Notes under the pieces: model-generated | Database searches by the model: none | The model's input: the letters and a program-made list of their open reading frames with translations, nothing else | Told to the model about the DNA's origin: nothing | Made by a program: the position numbers and the translations under genes | Shown here: piece after piece, positions 1 to 8,520 of the stretch | Numbering within the stretch: position 1 is the first letter of the stretch | Layout of the letters: every line of letters begins with the position of its first letter | IMG/VR virus record: IMGVR_UViG_2904150443_000004 | Span: 64,001-128,000 of that record | Length of the DNA: 64,000 nucleotides | From: a virus | Lineage: Duplodnaviria; Caudoviricetes | Direction: 5' to 3' (one strand)

Positions 1-1
1 A

Positions 2-190
2 GGTTGTCATTTGAGGACGATAACTGAAGCTCAATATAAAAGGATTCTGAATATGTATAACGATACAGTAGATAAGGAAGTAAGTGCAATGACCACAGTG
101 TTATCTTCGTGGGGGAGAAATTCGGAAATTGATAAACTACATATTAATGCTGAAGCTAAGAAAGAAAGTTTTAAAAACATATTTAATTGA
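2..190 (+). CDS. hypothetical protein, 5'-truncated by window
   Basis: Open frame 2 from the window edge to TGA 188-190. Confidence 0.55.
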   Translation, partial: GCHLRTITEAQYKRILNMYNDTVDKEVSAMTTVLSSWGRNSEIDKLHINAEAKKESFKNIFN

Positions 191-221
191 ATTAATTCAA
201 ACAGAATTGAGGATTGAAACT

Positions 222-626
222 ATGAAATCTAAAATATTTAAAAGTGAAAATGGATTGGAGTTATTAGTTAAAAATAGAAAATCAGCAGTAATTTTAGAAA
301 TGAATCCAAGCCAGATGGACTCTAAGTATAAAGTTGAATTTAAATTTAATTCTAGAGATTTTGACGAATTATATAGTTATATCGATACCGCTGCAAATGA
401 GTCATGGGACATTATCATTTCCAAAGAAGCAAGTAGTTTAGGGTCTGACTATTATGAGTACTACGATAAGGAACTTGATAGCAATGGATATCTTTGTATT
501 CGAGAAAATACGATAGTTATTAATAGGCCATCATTAGAAAGTAATAAGCTATATCAATTCAACAAAAGAAAGATGGAGTCTTTCGCTTACGATTTTAGAA
601 AATCAGTTGCTAACAAAATGGTGTGA
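222..626 (+). CDS. hypothetical protein
   Basis: ORF; ATG 222 follows GAGGA RBS. Confidence 0.65.
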   Translation: MKSKIFKSENGLELLVKNRKSAVILEMNPSQMDSKYKVEFKFNSRDFDELYSYIDTAANESWDIIISKEASSLGSDYYEYYDKELDSNGYLCIRENTIVINRPSLESNKLYQFNKRKMESFAYDFRKSVANKMV

Positions 627-683
627 TGAAATTAATGAATATGTAAAGAGTATGAAATCTGATTTTCATTGGAGGAATAAAAT

Positions 684-836
684 ATGAAAGCTAACCAAAT
701 GACTGTTTATGTGGAGTACAAAGGCTCAGAGGTGCGTGTAGAAGTTCCTTGTTCTCAAGACACTCAGTATTATGAAGCACAGGTAAAAGCTCTTAGAATG
801 CTTTCTAATTCGTTTAAGGAGGTTGATGCAGCATGA
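684..836 (+). CDS. small hypothetical protein (50 aa, MKANQMTVYVEY...)
   Basis: GGAGG RBS, ATG 684, stop overlaps the next ATG (ATGA); below the ORF-track cutoff. Confidence 0.7.
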   Translation: MKANQMTVYVEYKGSEVRVEVPCSQDTQYYEAQVKALRMLSNSFKEVDAA

Positions 837-1153
837 CGACTTATACATATCGTTTCATTGAGAAGGACTATTTTCGTTCCATAATAAAAGGAAATTCTGA
901 TTTTCTTGCGGATAATGAAATTGATGAACTCTTAAGTGAGCAAAGAACATGGGAAGATGTAACGATAAAAATAAAAGAAACAAATTTCAGATTAAATACA
1001 GTGTTCATTGATAATATCACTGATGAGGTTATTGAATTTGAGGATATATCAAAGGCTGCTCAGATTTACGCAGAAAATATATTAAGGAAATTACGCAAGA
1101 GCAGGGTGAAATCATTACTCGGCAAAGACTCAACAAGTATTGCTATTGTCTGA
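833..1153 (+). CDS. hypothetical protein
   Basis: AAGGAGG RBS, ORF. Confidence 0.75.
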   Translation: MTTYTYRFIEKDYFRSIIKGNSDFLADNEIDELLSEQRTWEDVTIKIKETNFRLNTVFIDNITDEVIEFEDISKAAQIYAENILRKLRKSRVKSLLGKDSTSIAIV

Positions 1154-1185
1154 AAAGATTCAAAACAAATATAGGAGTGATATTA

Positions 1186-1419
1186 ATGGCGAAATATAGT
1201 TCTGGAGATAAATTCGCGTTGAAAAGTGATCTAAATCGCTCATCTATAATCGAAATAGTTTTTGTTCCACCTATTGATGGACGTGGAATTCAATATTATC
1301 TAATGAGAACAGGAGGAGGAGTAAATACCATAAAAGGAATAGAACATTTATATAAAGAAAGTGAAATTGATGAGCTTTTTATTCTAGTCAAACAGAAGAA
1401 AGAAGGAGAGCCTAATTAA
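1186..1419 (+). CDS. hypothetical protein
   Basis: AGGAGTG RBS, ORF. Confidence 0.65.
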   Translation: MAKYSSGDKFALKSDLNRSSIIEIVFVPPIDGRGIQYYLMRTGGGVNTIKGIEHLYKESEIDELFILVKQKKEGEPN

Positions 1420-1435
1420 TTGAAAAATTAGGCTC
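1408..1435. terminator. hairpin between convergent genes
   Basis: GAGCCTAATT-N8-AATTAGGCTC. Confidence 0.6.
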
Positions 1436-1631
1436 ATTTATTCCATTCGAATTTTAACTCATCGGCAATTAATAAGTGCTCTTTACCTTTCCTACATTCC
1501 ATTGAAGCTTCCATTTTTACTATATCGAATGTTTCTCTAGCATAATTAAGGGCAGCTTCATCACTATCAGCAATAACTGAAAATGAGAAAGGAATAATAA
1601 TATGACCAGACACTTCTCTAAGTTGCTTCAT
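1434..1631 (-). CDS. small hypothetical protein, probably SOS-regulated
   Basis: Minus-strand AGGAG RBS, TGnTATAAT -10 at 1661-1669, and a LexA-type box upstream. Confidence 0.7.
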   Translation of the reverse strand: MKQLREVSGHIIIPFSFSVIADSDEAALNYARETFDIVKMEASMECRKGKEHLLIADELKFEWNK

Positions 1632-1685
1632 TTATTCAACTCCTAGCTTCAAGTAAATTGATTATAGCACGATTATCAAAAGGTG

Positions 1686-1699
1686 CAAACATGTGTTCT
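1686..1699. promoter_or_regulatory. LexA (Cheo) box-like site
   Basis: AGAACACATGTTTG on the minus strand vs Firmicute consensus CGAAC-N4-GTTCG; overlaps the -35 of the leftward promoter. Confidence 0.65.
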
Positions 1700-1722
1700 T
1701 ATAAATGATCTTATTGGACTAA

Positions 1723-1752
1723 TTGACTTTAGATATCTAAATATATTATAAT
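1723..1752 (+). promoter_or_regulatory. sigmaA-like promoter with internal palindromic operator
   Basis: TTGACT-N18-TATAAT, with perfect palindrome TTTAGATATCTAAA at 1728-1741. Confidence 0.7.
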
Positions 1753-1800
1753 AAGACTGTGGAAACATTAGACAATTAAATGCATGTGAGGATGTTCAAA

Positions 1801-2229
1801 ATGATTAGTTATCAACCACTTATTGACCTGATGGAAGAAAGAAATATTAAGTACAAAGATCTCGAATCACTGGGCGGGTTTTCGTCTGCAACACTTGCCA
1901 AGATTGAAAAGGGTAAGTCAGTAACTGCTGATACTTTAGATAGGCTCTGTTTGTTGTTGGGGGTTCCAATTGAGAAGGTAATGAAAATAGTTGGATATGA
2001 AGATAGTAATTCGGAGTTAGCAAATATCGAAGTTAAGAGAAATATCACAAAAAACAAACTGAAGGAGATTAGATCTAAGCATAAATATACACAGGCACAA
2101 TTAGCTGATTTACTTGAAGTAAGCCAGCCGATGATTAGCATGTGGGAAAATGATGATTCTAAGATTCCGAAGGATGCTTGGGAAAAGTTAAGTAGGGTAC
2201 TTAAGTTATCACAAGATGAATCGGAATAA
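1801..2229 (+). CDS. tandem XRE/Cro-C1 HTH transcriptional regulator
   Basis: N-terminal HTH (SSATLAKIEKGKSV...LCLLLGVPIEKVM) and C-terminal HTH (LKEIRSKHKYTQAQLADLLEVSQPMISMWE). Confidence 0.85.
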   Translation: MISYQPLIDLMEERNIKYKDLESLGGFSSATLAKIEKGKSVTADTLDRLCLLLGVPIEKVMKIVGYEDSNSELANIEVKRNITKNKLKEIRSKHKYTQAQLADLLEVSQPMISMWENDDSKIPKDAWEKLSRVLKLSQDESE

Positions 2230-2265
2230 AAGTCTGATTTCATGACAGAAAAAGAGGAGAGAAAT

Positions 2266-2457
2266 ATGGTTAACTGGGCATCTGAAGATACAAAATTGGA
2301 ATTTTTAGAGGGTTATATTATCAAAGAATTTCTATGGAACGAAGTAGGTGACAGGATCACAATTAAACTTACTTCTGGGGATATTGTTGAAATCTATAAC
2401 GAGAGAATAACCTTTAATGGGAATGAAGTAGTCAATGGAAAAGTAATGAATAGGTGA
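2266..2457 (+). CDS. hypothetical protein
   Basis: GAGGAG RBS, ORF. Confidence 0.6.
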   Translation: MVNWASEDTKLEFLEGYIIKEFLWNEVGDRITIKLTSGDIVEIYNERITFNGNEVVNGKVMNR

Positions 2458-2474
2458 ATAGGAGGAGAGCAGCA

Positions 2475-2822
2475 ATGAATAGAAATCTGTGGGGCTATGA
2501 TTACATAGATGGTGAACTCGTTGTAAATGAACGTGAAGCAGACATGGTTCGTCGTGTTTATCGATTTATGGTACGTTTGGATAAATACGATTTACCATTT
2601 AATGATGCAGCGTATATACGCTTAGAGAAGTACTGGATTCGACTTAAGAAACGCGCAGGAATAGAGAATGTATCTAAGCCTTCACCTGATTTCTGGAAGA
2701 ATGAAAGACAATCTAGAGGCGTAATTGGCAAAAATGATGATTCAAAATTATTAGCTCTAGAGTGCGCTCCATTAATTTCTGCTGATTTGTTTGAAAAAGT
2801 AGCAATTGAGACTATGAACTGA
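2475..2822 (+). CDS. large-serine-recombinase recombinase-domain-like fragment
   Basis: WGYDYIDGELVVNEREADMVRRVY and APLISADLFEKV resemble the ends of the recombinase domain. Confidence 0.55.
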   Translation: MNRNLWGYDYIDGELVVNEREADMVRRVYRFMVRLDKYDLPFNDAAYIRLEKYWIRLKKRAGIENVSKPSPDFWKNERQSRGVIGKNDDSKLLALECAPLISADLFEKVAIETMN

Positions 2823-2844
2823 TATTAATGTGGGGGGGAGAGCA

Positions 2845-3030
2845 GTGAGATACAGAAGAAGATATCTTATTTCATGGACTTGTAATGGCAACAATGGAAG
2901 AGATCATTGGGTAATGGAGAGAAACGGAAAATTATCCGCTGCCGACATAAAGAGACTGGAAAAAGATCTATCTAATAAATGGGGTTTAAGTAGACCAGTG
3001 ATTATTACAAACTACATACAAATCAATTAA
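2845..3030 (+). CDS. hypothetical protein
   Basis: G-rich RBS, ORF. Confidence 0.55.
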   Translation: MRYRRRYLISWTCNGNNGRDHWVMERNGKLSAADIKRLEKDLSNKWGLSRPVIITNYIQIN

Positions 3031-3095
3031 AGATAAGATGAAACACGGATTTCATAACACTAATATTATAATTAAAAAAAAATGGAGATGTAGTA

Positions 3096-3653
3096 ATGGG
3101 AAACAACAACATAATAGATCAACAATCTCTATTAATAACAAACCCTGAAATCGTCGAGCATTGGGATTCGTCAAAAAATAAAGGCTGTACACCTGATGAT
3201 GTATTCTCCCATTCACGTAAAAGGATCTTCTGGATTTGCGAGGACGGTCATACTGCATTTGAACCAGTTCGGGTAAGGGTGAAGCGTGGTGGATGTGTAG
3301 AATGTATTAGAAAAGTTAAAAAAGAAATAGTCTCGCCACCCATAGAAATGAGAAATACATTCTATCATCTCCAAAAGAACAGTTCTATGAAACTTAAAGA
3401 TTTCTTCGATATACAGCACGTACCTGCCACTCCAATTGAGGCTTTAGTTTTTATAGAAGCTGGTTCAAATAGAATAAGAATATACAATGTTTTGAGACGA
3501 TATGATATAAGAACACTGGAAGAGCTTCTAGATTGTACTTTTGAAGAGATTTCACGTTTTAGGAATCTAGGGGAGAAAAGCCAGAAAGAATTATTTGAAA
3601 TCTTAAAAGAGTATTTAAATGAGGAAGATCCGGATTATCATCAACGAGTATGA
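3096..3653 (+). CDS. zinc-ribbon domain + RNA polymerase alpha-CTD-like domain fusion
   Basis: NPEIVEHWD..KN...WICEDGH...GCVEC zinc ribbon; RIYNVLRRYDIRTLEELL...FRNLGEKSQKEL alpha-CTD signature. Confidence 0.75.
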   Translation: MGNNNIIDQQSLLITNPEIVEHWDSSKNKGCTPDDVFSHSRKRIFWICEDGHTAFEPVRVRVKRGGCVECIRKVKKEIVSPPIEMRNTFYHLQKNSSMKLKDFFDIQHVPATPIEALVFIEAGSNRIRIYNVLRRYDIRTLEELLDCTFEEISRFRNLGEKSQKELFEILKEYLNEEDPDYHQRV

Positions 3654-3680
3654 AATAGATTCTAAGGGGGTGCAAGAATA

Positions 3681-4169
3681 ATGAGTGTTATTGCTTATTG
3701 CAGGGTTGGAACCAATGAACAGAGTTTAGATGGTATGAGAGAAAGACTTGAGTTGTTTGCACATGAGGAGAAATTGATTATCAAAGAATTATTTATTGAT
3801 AAAGGATATAGTTCAAATCAGGAACGTCCAGAATTCGCAAAAGTTAGGCAACTGCTTAATGATGGTGGAGCAACTCTAATTACGCTTAAGGCAAATCAAA
3901 TGTATCGGAACTTTTCAGAACTTCTAAAGTTACTGGATGAAACAAAGAATGCAGGTAGTAGAATTATTACTGCTGATGGTAGCATTGATACAGACAACGA
4001 GGTTAGCTACTTTATCGAAGCACTTAGGAATACAATTGCTGTAATAGAAAATGATCATGAAAGAAATAAAAAGCTTCTCAATGTCTTTAACAAGAGAAAG
4101 AAAGATTTGGAGATTGATGAAGCACAGACACAGACTCACAATATGAAAGACAGGGATTATATCGACTGA
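3681..4169 (+). CDS. resolvase/serine recombinase catalytic-domain protein, catalytic Ser replaced by Gly
   Basis: IAYCRVGTNEQ (canonical YxRVST), DKGYSS..ERPEF, SIDT; no DNA-binding domain. Confidence 0.75.
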   Translation: MSVIAYCRVGTNEQSLDGMRERLELFAHEEKLIIKELFIDKGYSSNQERPEFAKVRQLLNDGGATLITLKANQMYRNFSELLKLLDETKNAGSRIITADGSIDTDNEVSYFIEALRNTIAVIENDHERNKKLLNVFNKRKKDLEIDEAQTQTHNMKDRDYID

Positions 4170-4195
4170 TATTAATAAAGAGGAGAATGTTGTAA

Positions 4196-4603
4196 ATGAC
4201 GCAACTCAAAGATCTCTCTAAGAATGCTAGACAAACTTTAGCATACTATGTTGATGTATTAGTAAGAAAACAATTTAGTCTCGAATATCAAGAGCATAGC
4301 GAGAAAGACATAATGAAAGTTGTAGAGCGAGTTAAGGAGAACTACACACGACGCCGATTAGAAAAAGAAGCTTATGAAGAAATTTATAATGCATTGCAGA
4401 GTCAAGAGTTTATAAATGATCTTAAAATATACATCAGTAACTTTTTAAATAATAGACCTACTGTTGAAAGAATCACCTATTATCGTAGTCTCTGTCGACA
4501 ATACGGCTTAGGTATAGGAAGTAATATTAATAAAAAGACATTAGAATTGCGTATTGCTAGGATAATTGAAACTGGCGGTAAAGATCAGAATATTACTCGT
4601 TAA
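4196..4603 (+). CDS. hypothetical protein
   Basis: GAGGAG RBS, ORF. Confidence 0.7.
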   Translation: MTQLKDLSKNARQTLAYYVDVLVRKQFSLEYQEHSEKDIMKVVERVKENYTRRRLEKEAYEEIYNALQSQEFINDLKIYISNFLNNRPTVERITYYRSLCRQYGLGIGSNINKKTLELRIARIIETGGKDQNITR

Positions 4604-4640
4604 GTGCAAGTAAAAGATTGGTTTCATGGGAGGCTTGGAA

Positions 4641-4895
4641 TTGAAATTACCCAAAGAGATAAAAAGTGCAATTCGAAAGAGCGCGAAGCACTATGCAGCA
4701 GCTAGGGAAGCGAATAATATAGTGCGTGATTATCTAGATCAAGTCTTAGGCTCTGATTATTGCGATTCTTCTGCATTCAATAAAGTAGGTCACGATTTCT
4801 TTCTAGATCAGTTAATTGATGGGACGGAGATAGGTTGCGATCCTGAGAATGTAATTAAGTTTTTTGAAAACAACCTACCAGACGAAGATGAATAA
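4641..4895 (+). CDS. hypothetical protein
   Basis: GGAGG RBS; bracketed by palindromes 4610 and 4892. Confidence 0.65.
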   Translation: MKLPKEIKSAIRKSAKHYAAAREANNIVRDYLDQVLGSDYCDSSAFNKVGHDFFLDQLIDGTEIGCDPENVIKFFENNLPDEDE

Positions 4896-4932
4896 AATAC
4901 TAGTTTCATTAAATTTTGAGAGGTGATTTAAG

Positions 4933-5556
4933 TTGAAATATACTTTACAAGAAAACGGTATAGATTCTTTAAAGGCCACATATGTCAATATTGAAAAAAT
5001 GCATAATCTCTTAGAAGGAATCGAGCATTGTCTAAAAGATTGTATTCTGACTATGCATCATTCAATAGAGATTTTGTTCAAATCAATCCTAAAAGACATA
5101 GACGAGAGTCTTATCTTCTCAAATAGAGATAGGTATGAAAAGGCTAAAGAGGCTGCACTAAAACAAAAGAAAAAAGATGTGTTTGAAGTAAACCCAACAT
5201 TAAGAACTATTACTTTGTTTGAAGCGGTTGAACTTGCCGAGAATGAATGTGACCTTAGTATCCCAGAGAAATATAAGGTGCTGATAAACTATCTAAACAA
5301 AATTCGAAACCAGCTTACTCACTATGGGATTGAATTTGACGATGCAGAAGTTTTAAAGTTAACTGTAAACCTGCAATTGTGTTATGAATATACTATTAAT
5401 TTCTTCAAGTCTCACATTGCTGAATTGGAGAAGCTACTAAATAACGCTAGATTTGAAATGTCTTTGGATGAATATGAGAGTAATATGTCTGATATCTATG
5501 CAGACATGGCTTATGAAGAACATAGAGAAGAGCGATTATTGCACGGTTTTGAATAA
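4933..5556 (+). CDS. HEPN-like protein
   Basis: Helical protein with SIEILFKS and Rx4H motif RNQLTH. Confidence 0.6.
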   Translation: MKYTLQENGIDSLKATYVNIEKMHNLLEGIEHCLKDCILTMHHSIEILFKSILKDIDESLIFSNRDRYEKAKEAALKQKKKDVFEVNPTLRTITLFEAVELAENECDLSIPEKYKVLINYLNKIRNQLTHYGIEFDDAEVLKLTVNLQLCYEYTINFFKSHIAELEKLLNNARFEMSLDEYESNMSDIYADMAYEEHREERLLHGFE

Positions 5557-5633
5557 AGTGACTATGAAAGAGTTTGTTCATAATTTAATCGATCTTTTAT
5601 GTCTAAAATCAAAAGAGGAAGAAGGTTGGTTTA

Positions 5634-6260
5634 ATGACTGCTATAAATTTTATTTATGAAGAAAATCAGGTCACTATTTATATGGATACTCTTTCACTAG
5701 ACTTAAATCGAAGACCACTTAAGTTTGTGAGCAAAATATATCCTATCCCTCATTTAAAGACAGTAATTTGTGGTACTGGTAATATGGATCTTATTTTGGA
5801 TTGGGTCTATTTTGTTCAAAGGAAACTAACTGCGGCAGACATTGCATACTTACGGGAAATTACATCTGAAACATTAAGTGAATTGAATAAAAAATACCCA
5901 CCCGATATCAGTACAACAATATACCAATTTGGTTATTCTCAAATAGATGAAAAGATTAAAGGATATGCTTATAGAAGTACTAATAGTTTCAATCAAGAAG
6001 AATATGATTATGGTTTTGGGATTAAGCCACAAATTGACTTTGATTTTGGATCTGAGGTGGATCTAGAAAGTGCTTTTGTTCATCTTATGATTAAACAAAA
6101 AGAAAATGATGATTTGAGTCCTACACGCATAGGAATTGGTGGAGAGATCCAGAGACTGATTATGAAAAAGGATACATTCTTATTGCAAACAATACACCGA
6201 TTTTCAGACTTTGATGAATGTTACGCTGAGATACTTGAGAATTTAAAGAATTATAAATGA
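5634..6260 (+). CDS. Ntn-hydrolase/proteasome beta-subunit-like protein
   Basis: N-terminal M-T, MDT, K, GTG and IGG motifs. Confidence 0.5.
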   Translation: MTAINFIYEENQVTIYMDTLSLDLNRRPLKFVSKIYPIPHLKTVICGTGNMDLILDWVYFVQRKLTAADIAYLREITSETLSELNKKYPPDISTTIYQFGYSQIDEKIKGYAYRSTNSFNQEEYDYGFGIKPQIDFDFGSEVDLESAFVHLMIKQKENDDLSPTRIGIGGEIQRLIMKKDTFLLQTIHRFSDFDECYAEILENLKNYK

Positions 6261-6317
6261 GCCAAACTACTACACAGTTTGAGTGCATAAAAATCGAAGT
6301 AATATTAAGAGGGGTGT

Positions 6318-6764
6318 GTGAAGCTGCATGATTTTGAAATAGATGAGATCAAACGATTGGGATTAGATTTTCGTCAAGCAATAATGTCACTACCACTTAG
6401 TAAATTCCCTAATTCATCATTTTTTGAAAACTTTCCTCGTGGCTGCTGTGGAGATACATGTCACTTGTTTGCAAAGTATCTGATGTTTAAAGGCTATGAG
6501 GTAGATTACGTATGGGGATGGAAGGGGAAGCAATCTCATGCTTGGCTAGAACATAATAATCTAATTGTTGATTTAACTGCCGATCAATTTTCTGATATTG
6601 ATGAAACAGTCGTTGTTACATGTGATAAAAGCTGGTATAACACCATTCAAAAACAACAGAAGAGTGAAGTTGATTTTGAAAAGTTCGACGGTTATAACCA
6701 TGTAAGATTAAAAAAAATTTATAATAACATTCTTGAGATATTACATAACGAGGATGAAACCTGA
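6318..6764 (+). CDS. papain/transglutaminase-fold protein
   Basis: FPRGCCGD, SHAWLE and IVDLTADQF give a Cys-His-Asp triad. Confidence 0.6.
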   Translation: MKLHDFEIDEIKRLGLDFRQAIMSLPLSKFPNSSFFENFPRGCCGDTCHLFAKYLMFKGYEVDYVWGWKGKQSHAWLEHNNLIVDLTADQFSDIDETVVVTCDKSWYNTIQKQQKSEVDFEKFDGYNHVRLKKIYNNILEILHNEDET

Positions 6765-6829
6765 ATTTCATAACTCATTACAACATGTTTTATGAGAACT
6801 ACTATAACTTAATGAGGACGATTAGATCG

Positions 6830-7384
6830 ATGAGAAAGTGTATATTGCCTCTATTGATTGTTCTGGCCTTACTATCAGGATGTTCAAATAATTCTAATCT
6901 TTCAGACGGAAATAATGAGCCGCTAGATAGTATGTCTCTTATGGACAAGTTAGTTTCAGATGGTCACCCTAAATATGGCGATGATTACGAGTCATTTAAA
7001 AGCTTCTATGGGAAAGATAAGAATAAATATTTCCTTTCTGGATTACTATATGCCGAGTATTTTAAAGATAAGCCAATCAATGATTTGCAGATTTATTTTC
7101 AAAATAATAATATTTCAATAAGTGTTAAGGAAGCGTTTGACTTGGCAAATAAGTTTGCTCCAGATGACTTTAAGGATAGTCATGAATTAGTAAACGAGTA
7201 TGCACTACGGTCTTCCGATGAAGATGTACACTACTATATCAAGGAATATTTTAAGAAGAACAATAGCGAATTTTTAGCTCCAATTCATATTTATGTAGAA
7301 ACTGATAAGGATGAAGTGAAAATGCTAAGAATGGCGAGCTCAACTCCAAGGTATTTTGAAACATATAAGCGAAATAATAAGTGA
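6830..7384 (+). CDS. putative lipoprotein
   Basis: Basic N-terminus, hydrophobic stretch, LSGC lipobox. Confidence 0.7.
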   Translation: MRKCILPLLIVLALLSGCSNNSNLSDGNNEPLDSMSLMDKLVSDGHPKYGDDYESFKSFYGKDKNKYFLSGLLYAEYFKDKPINDLQIYFQNNNISISVKEAFDLANKFAPDDFKDSHELVNEYALRSSDEDVHYYIKEYFKKNNSEFLAPIHIYVETDKDEVKMLRMASSTPRYFETYKRNNK

Positions 7385-7409
7385 AAATATCAATAATGGA
7401 GGAATGAAT

Positions 7410-7616
7410 ATGGGGTATTTAATAGGAATTTCTTTGTACGTACTGCTTGCAGCTATTCCAATCACAGCTATGATTGCTGCGCTAAGAATGAAGAGGAAAT
7501 TTATCAGAGAGCAGAGAGAAAGAGAAATTAAGTTTGCTATTGAGATGGAAAAATTGTTTGAAATAGATAAGCTTCCAAAAGAGAAACAGGATTCATTCCG
7601 AAAAGCGTTCAAATGA
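7410..7616 (+). CDS. small single-TM protein
   Basis: GGAGG RBS, hydrophobic N-terminus. Confidence 0.6.
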   Translation: MGYLIGISLYVLLAAIPITAMIAALRMKRKFIREQREREIKFAIEMEKLFEIDKLPKEKQDSFRKAFK

Positions 7617-7650
7617 AAACTGACTTTCAATGTATGTGGAGGAAGGTATT

Positions 7651-8022
7651 ATGGAATTATTACTTGAAGAAGATAAACAGTTTTATGGACTTTTCGAAAA
7701 GTACCTGAAAGGCAAATCTGGTAGAATTGAGATTGCCTTAGGAATTGATTATACGATAGACATTAACAATTATGTCGCCTTAGTTGTTGAAGATTGGTAT
7801 GAAGATAAAATACCAATGCTATCAGATTTAAGAAGTAAGAATTGTTACAATACAGATGAAATTTTTTCAATATGGCATAAGTTCACGAAAATAGTTTGCT
7901 GTGATGAAGAAACAAATAAAAGTAATAAAGATGATGAGGATGACCACTTGTCTGATAATTTTGCATTCTCATTGATTTATGATGAAGGTGAAGAGTATAT
8001 GGTTAGTTTTTACTATGAATAA
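7651..8022 (+). CDS. acidic hypothetical protein
   Basis: GGAGG RBS; bracketed by palindromes 7613 and 8019. Confidence 0.65.
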   Translation: MELLLEEDKQFYGLFEKYLKGKSGRIEIALGIDYTIDINNYVALVVEDWYEDKIPMLSDLRSKNCYNTDEIFSIWHKFTKIVCCDEETNKSNKDDEDDHLSDNFAFSLIYDEGEEYMVSFYYE

Positions 8023-8061
8023 AAGTTCACTTTCACTCTGCGCGAAAGGTAGTGATGGGAA

Positions 8062-8283
8062 TTGAGTAATGCTCAGTCATTTTCAAGGTCGAGAGTTATT
8101 GAGACAATAAAGTTTCACCATAATAAAATGAAATCTCTTGAGAAAAATATTAAAGATGATTCAATTACTGATACAGCTAAAAGCGATATGCTCTCAGATT
8201 ATCTAATCATAAAAGAACTGGTTGAGCATTATTGTAAAGGGTTTGGGCTAAGTGAGAACGAACTGTCTGGCAAGCTAGTTTAA
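8062..8283 (+). CDS. hypothetical protein
   Basis: ORF. Confidence 0.55.
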   Translation: MSNAQSFSRSRVIETIKFHHNKMKSLEKNIKDDSITDTAKSDMLSDYLIIKELVEHYCKGFGLSENELSGKLV

Positions 8284-8520
8284 TATTCGACTCTAGAAGT
8301 GCTAAAAAACAATTATCGACCTTTAACTACACATTATAAATGAATATATGAGCACACAGACATATATACGAGTCTACTATAATAGATTATAATGAAATTA
8401 TCTTTTTAAAATTCTTATACATATCTTACATTTGTTTTTTAATGTGAGTATGTATATTTTTTGTTTTTTGTGTTACACTTCATATTATTATGATATTTCG
8501 CTCTTAGAGGAGATGATAGA

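Noticed and set aside
1812-2243. Minus-strand ORFs such as 1812-2243 and 7340-7630
   Set aside because: Shadows of real + strand genes. Their start codons are created by the palindrome arm (MKSDFY, MKVSFH).
3650-3667. Half-matches to the palindrome (3650, 6287, 21695, 33164, 33203)
   Set aside because: Two or more mismatches; not distinguishable from AT-rich background, so not counted.
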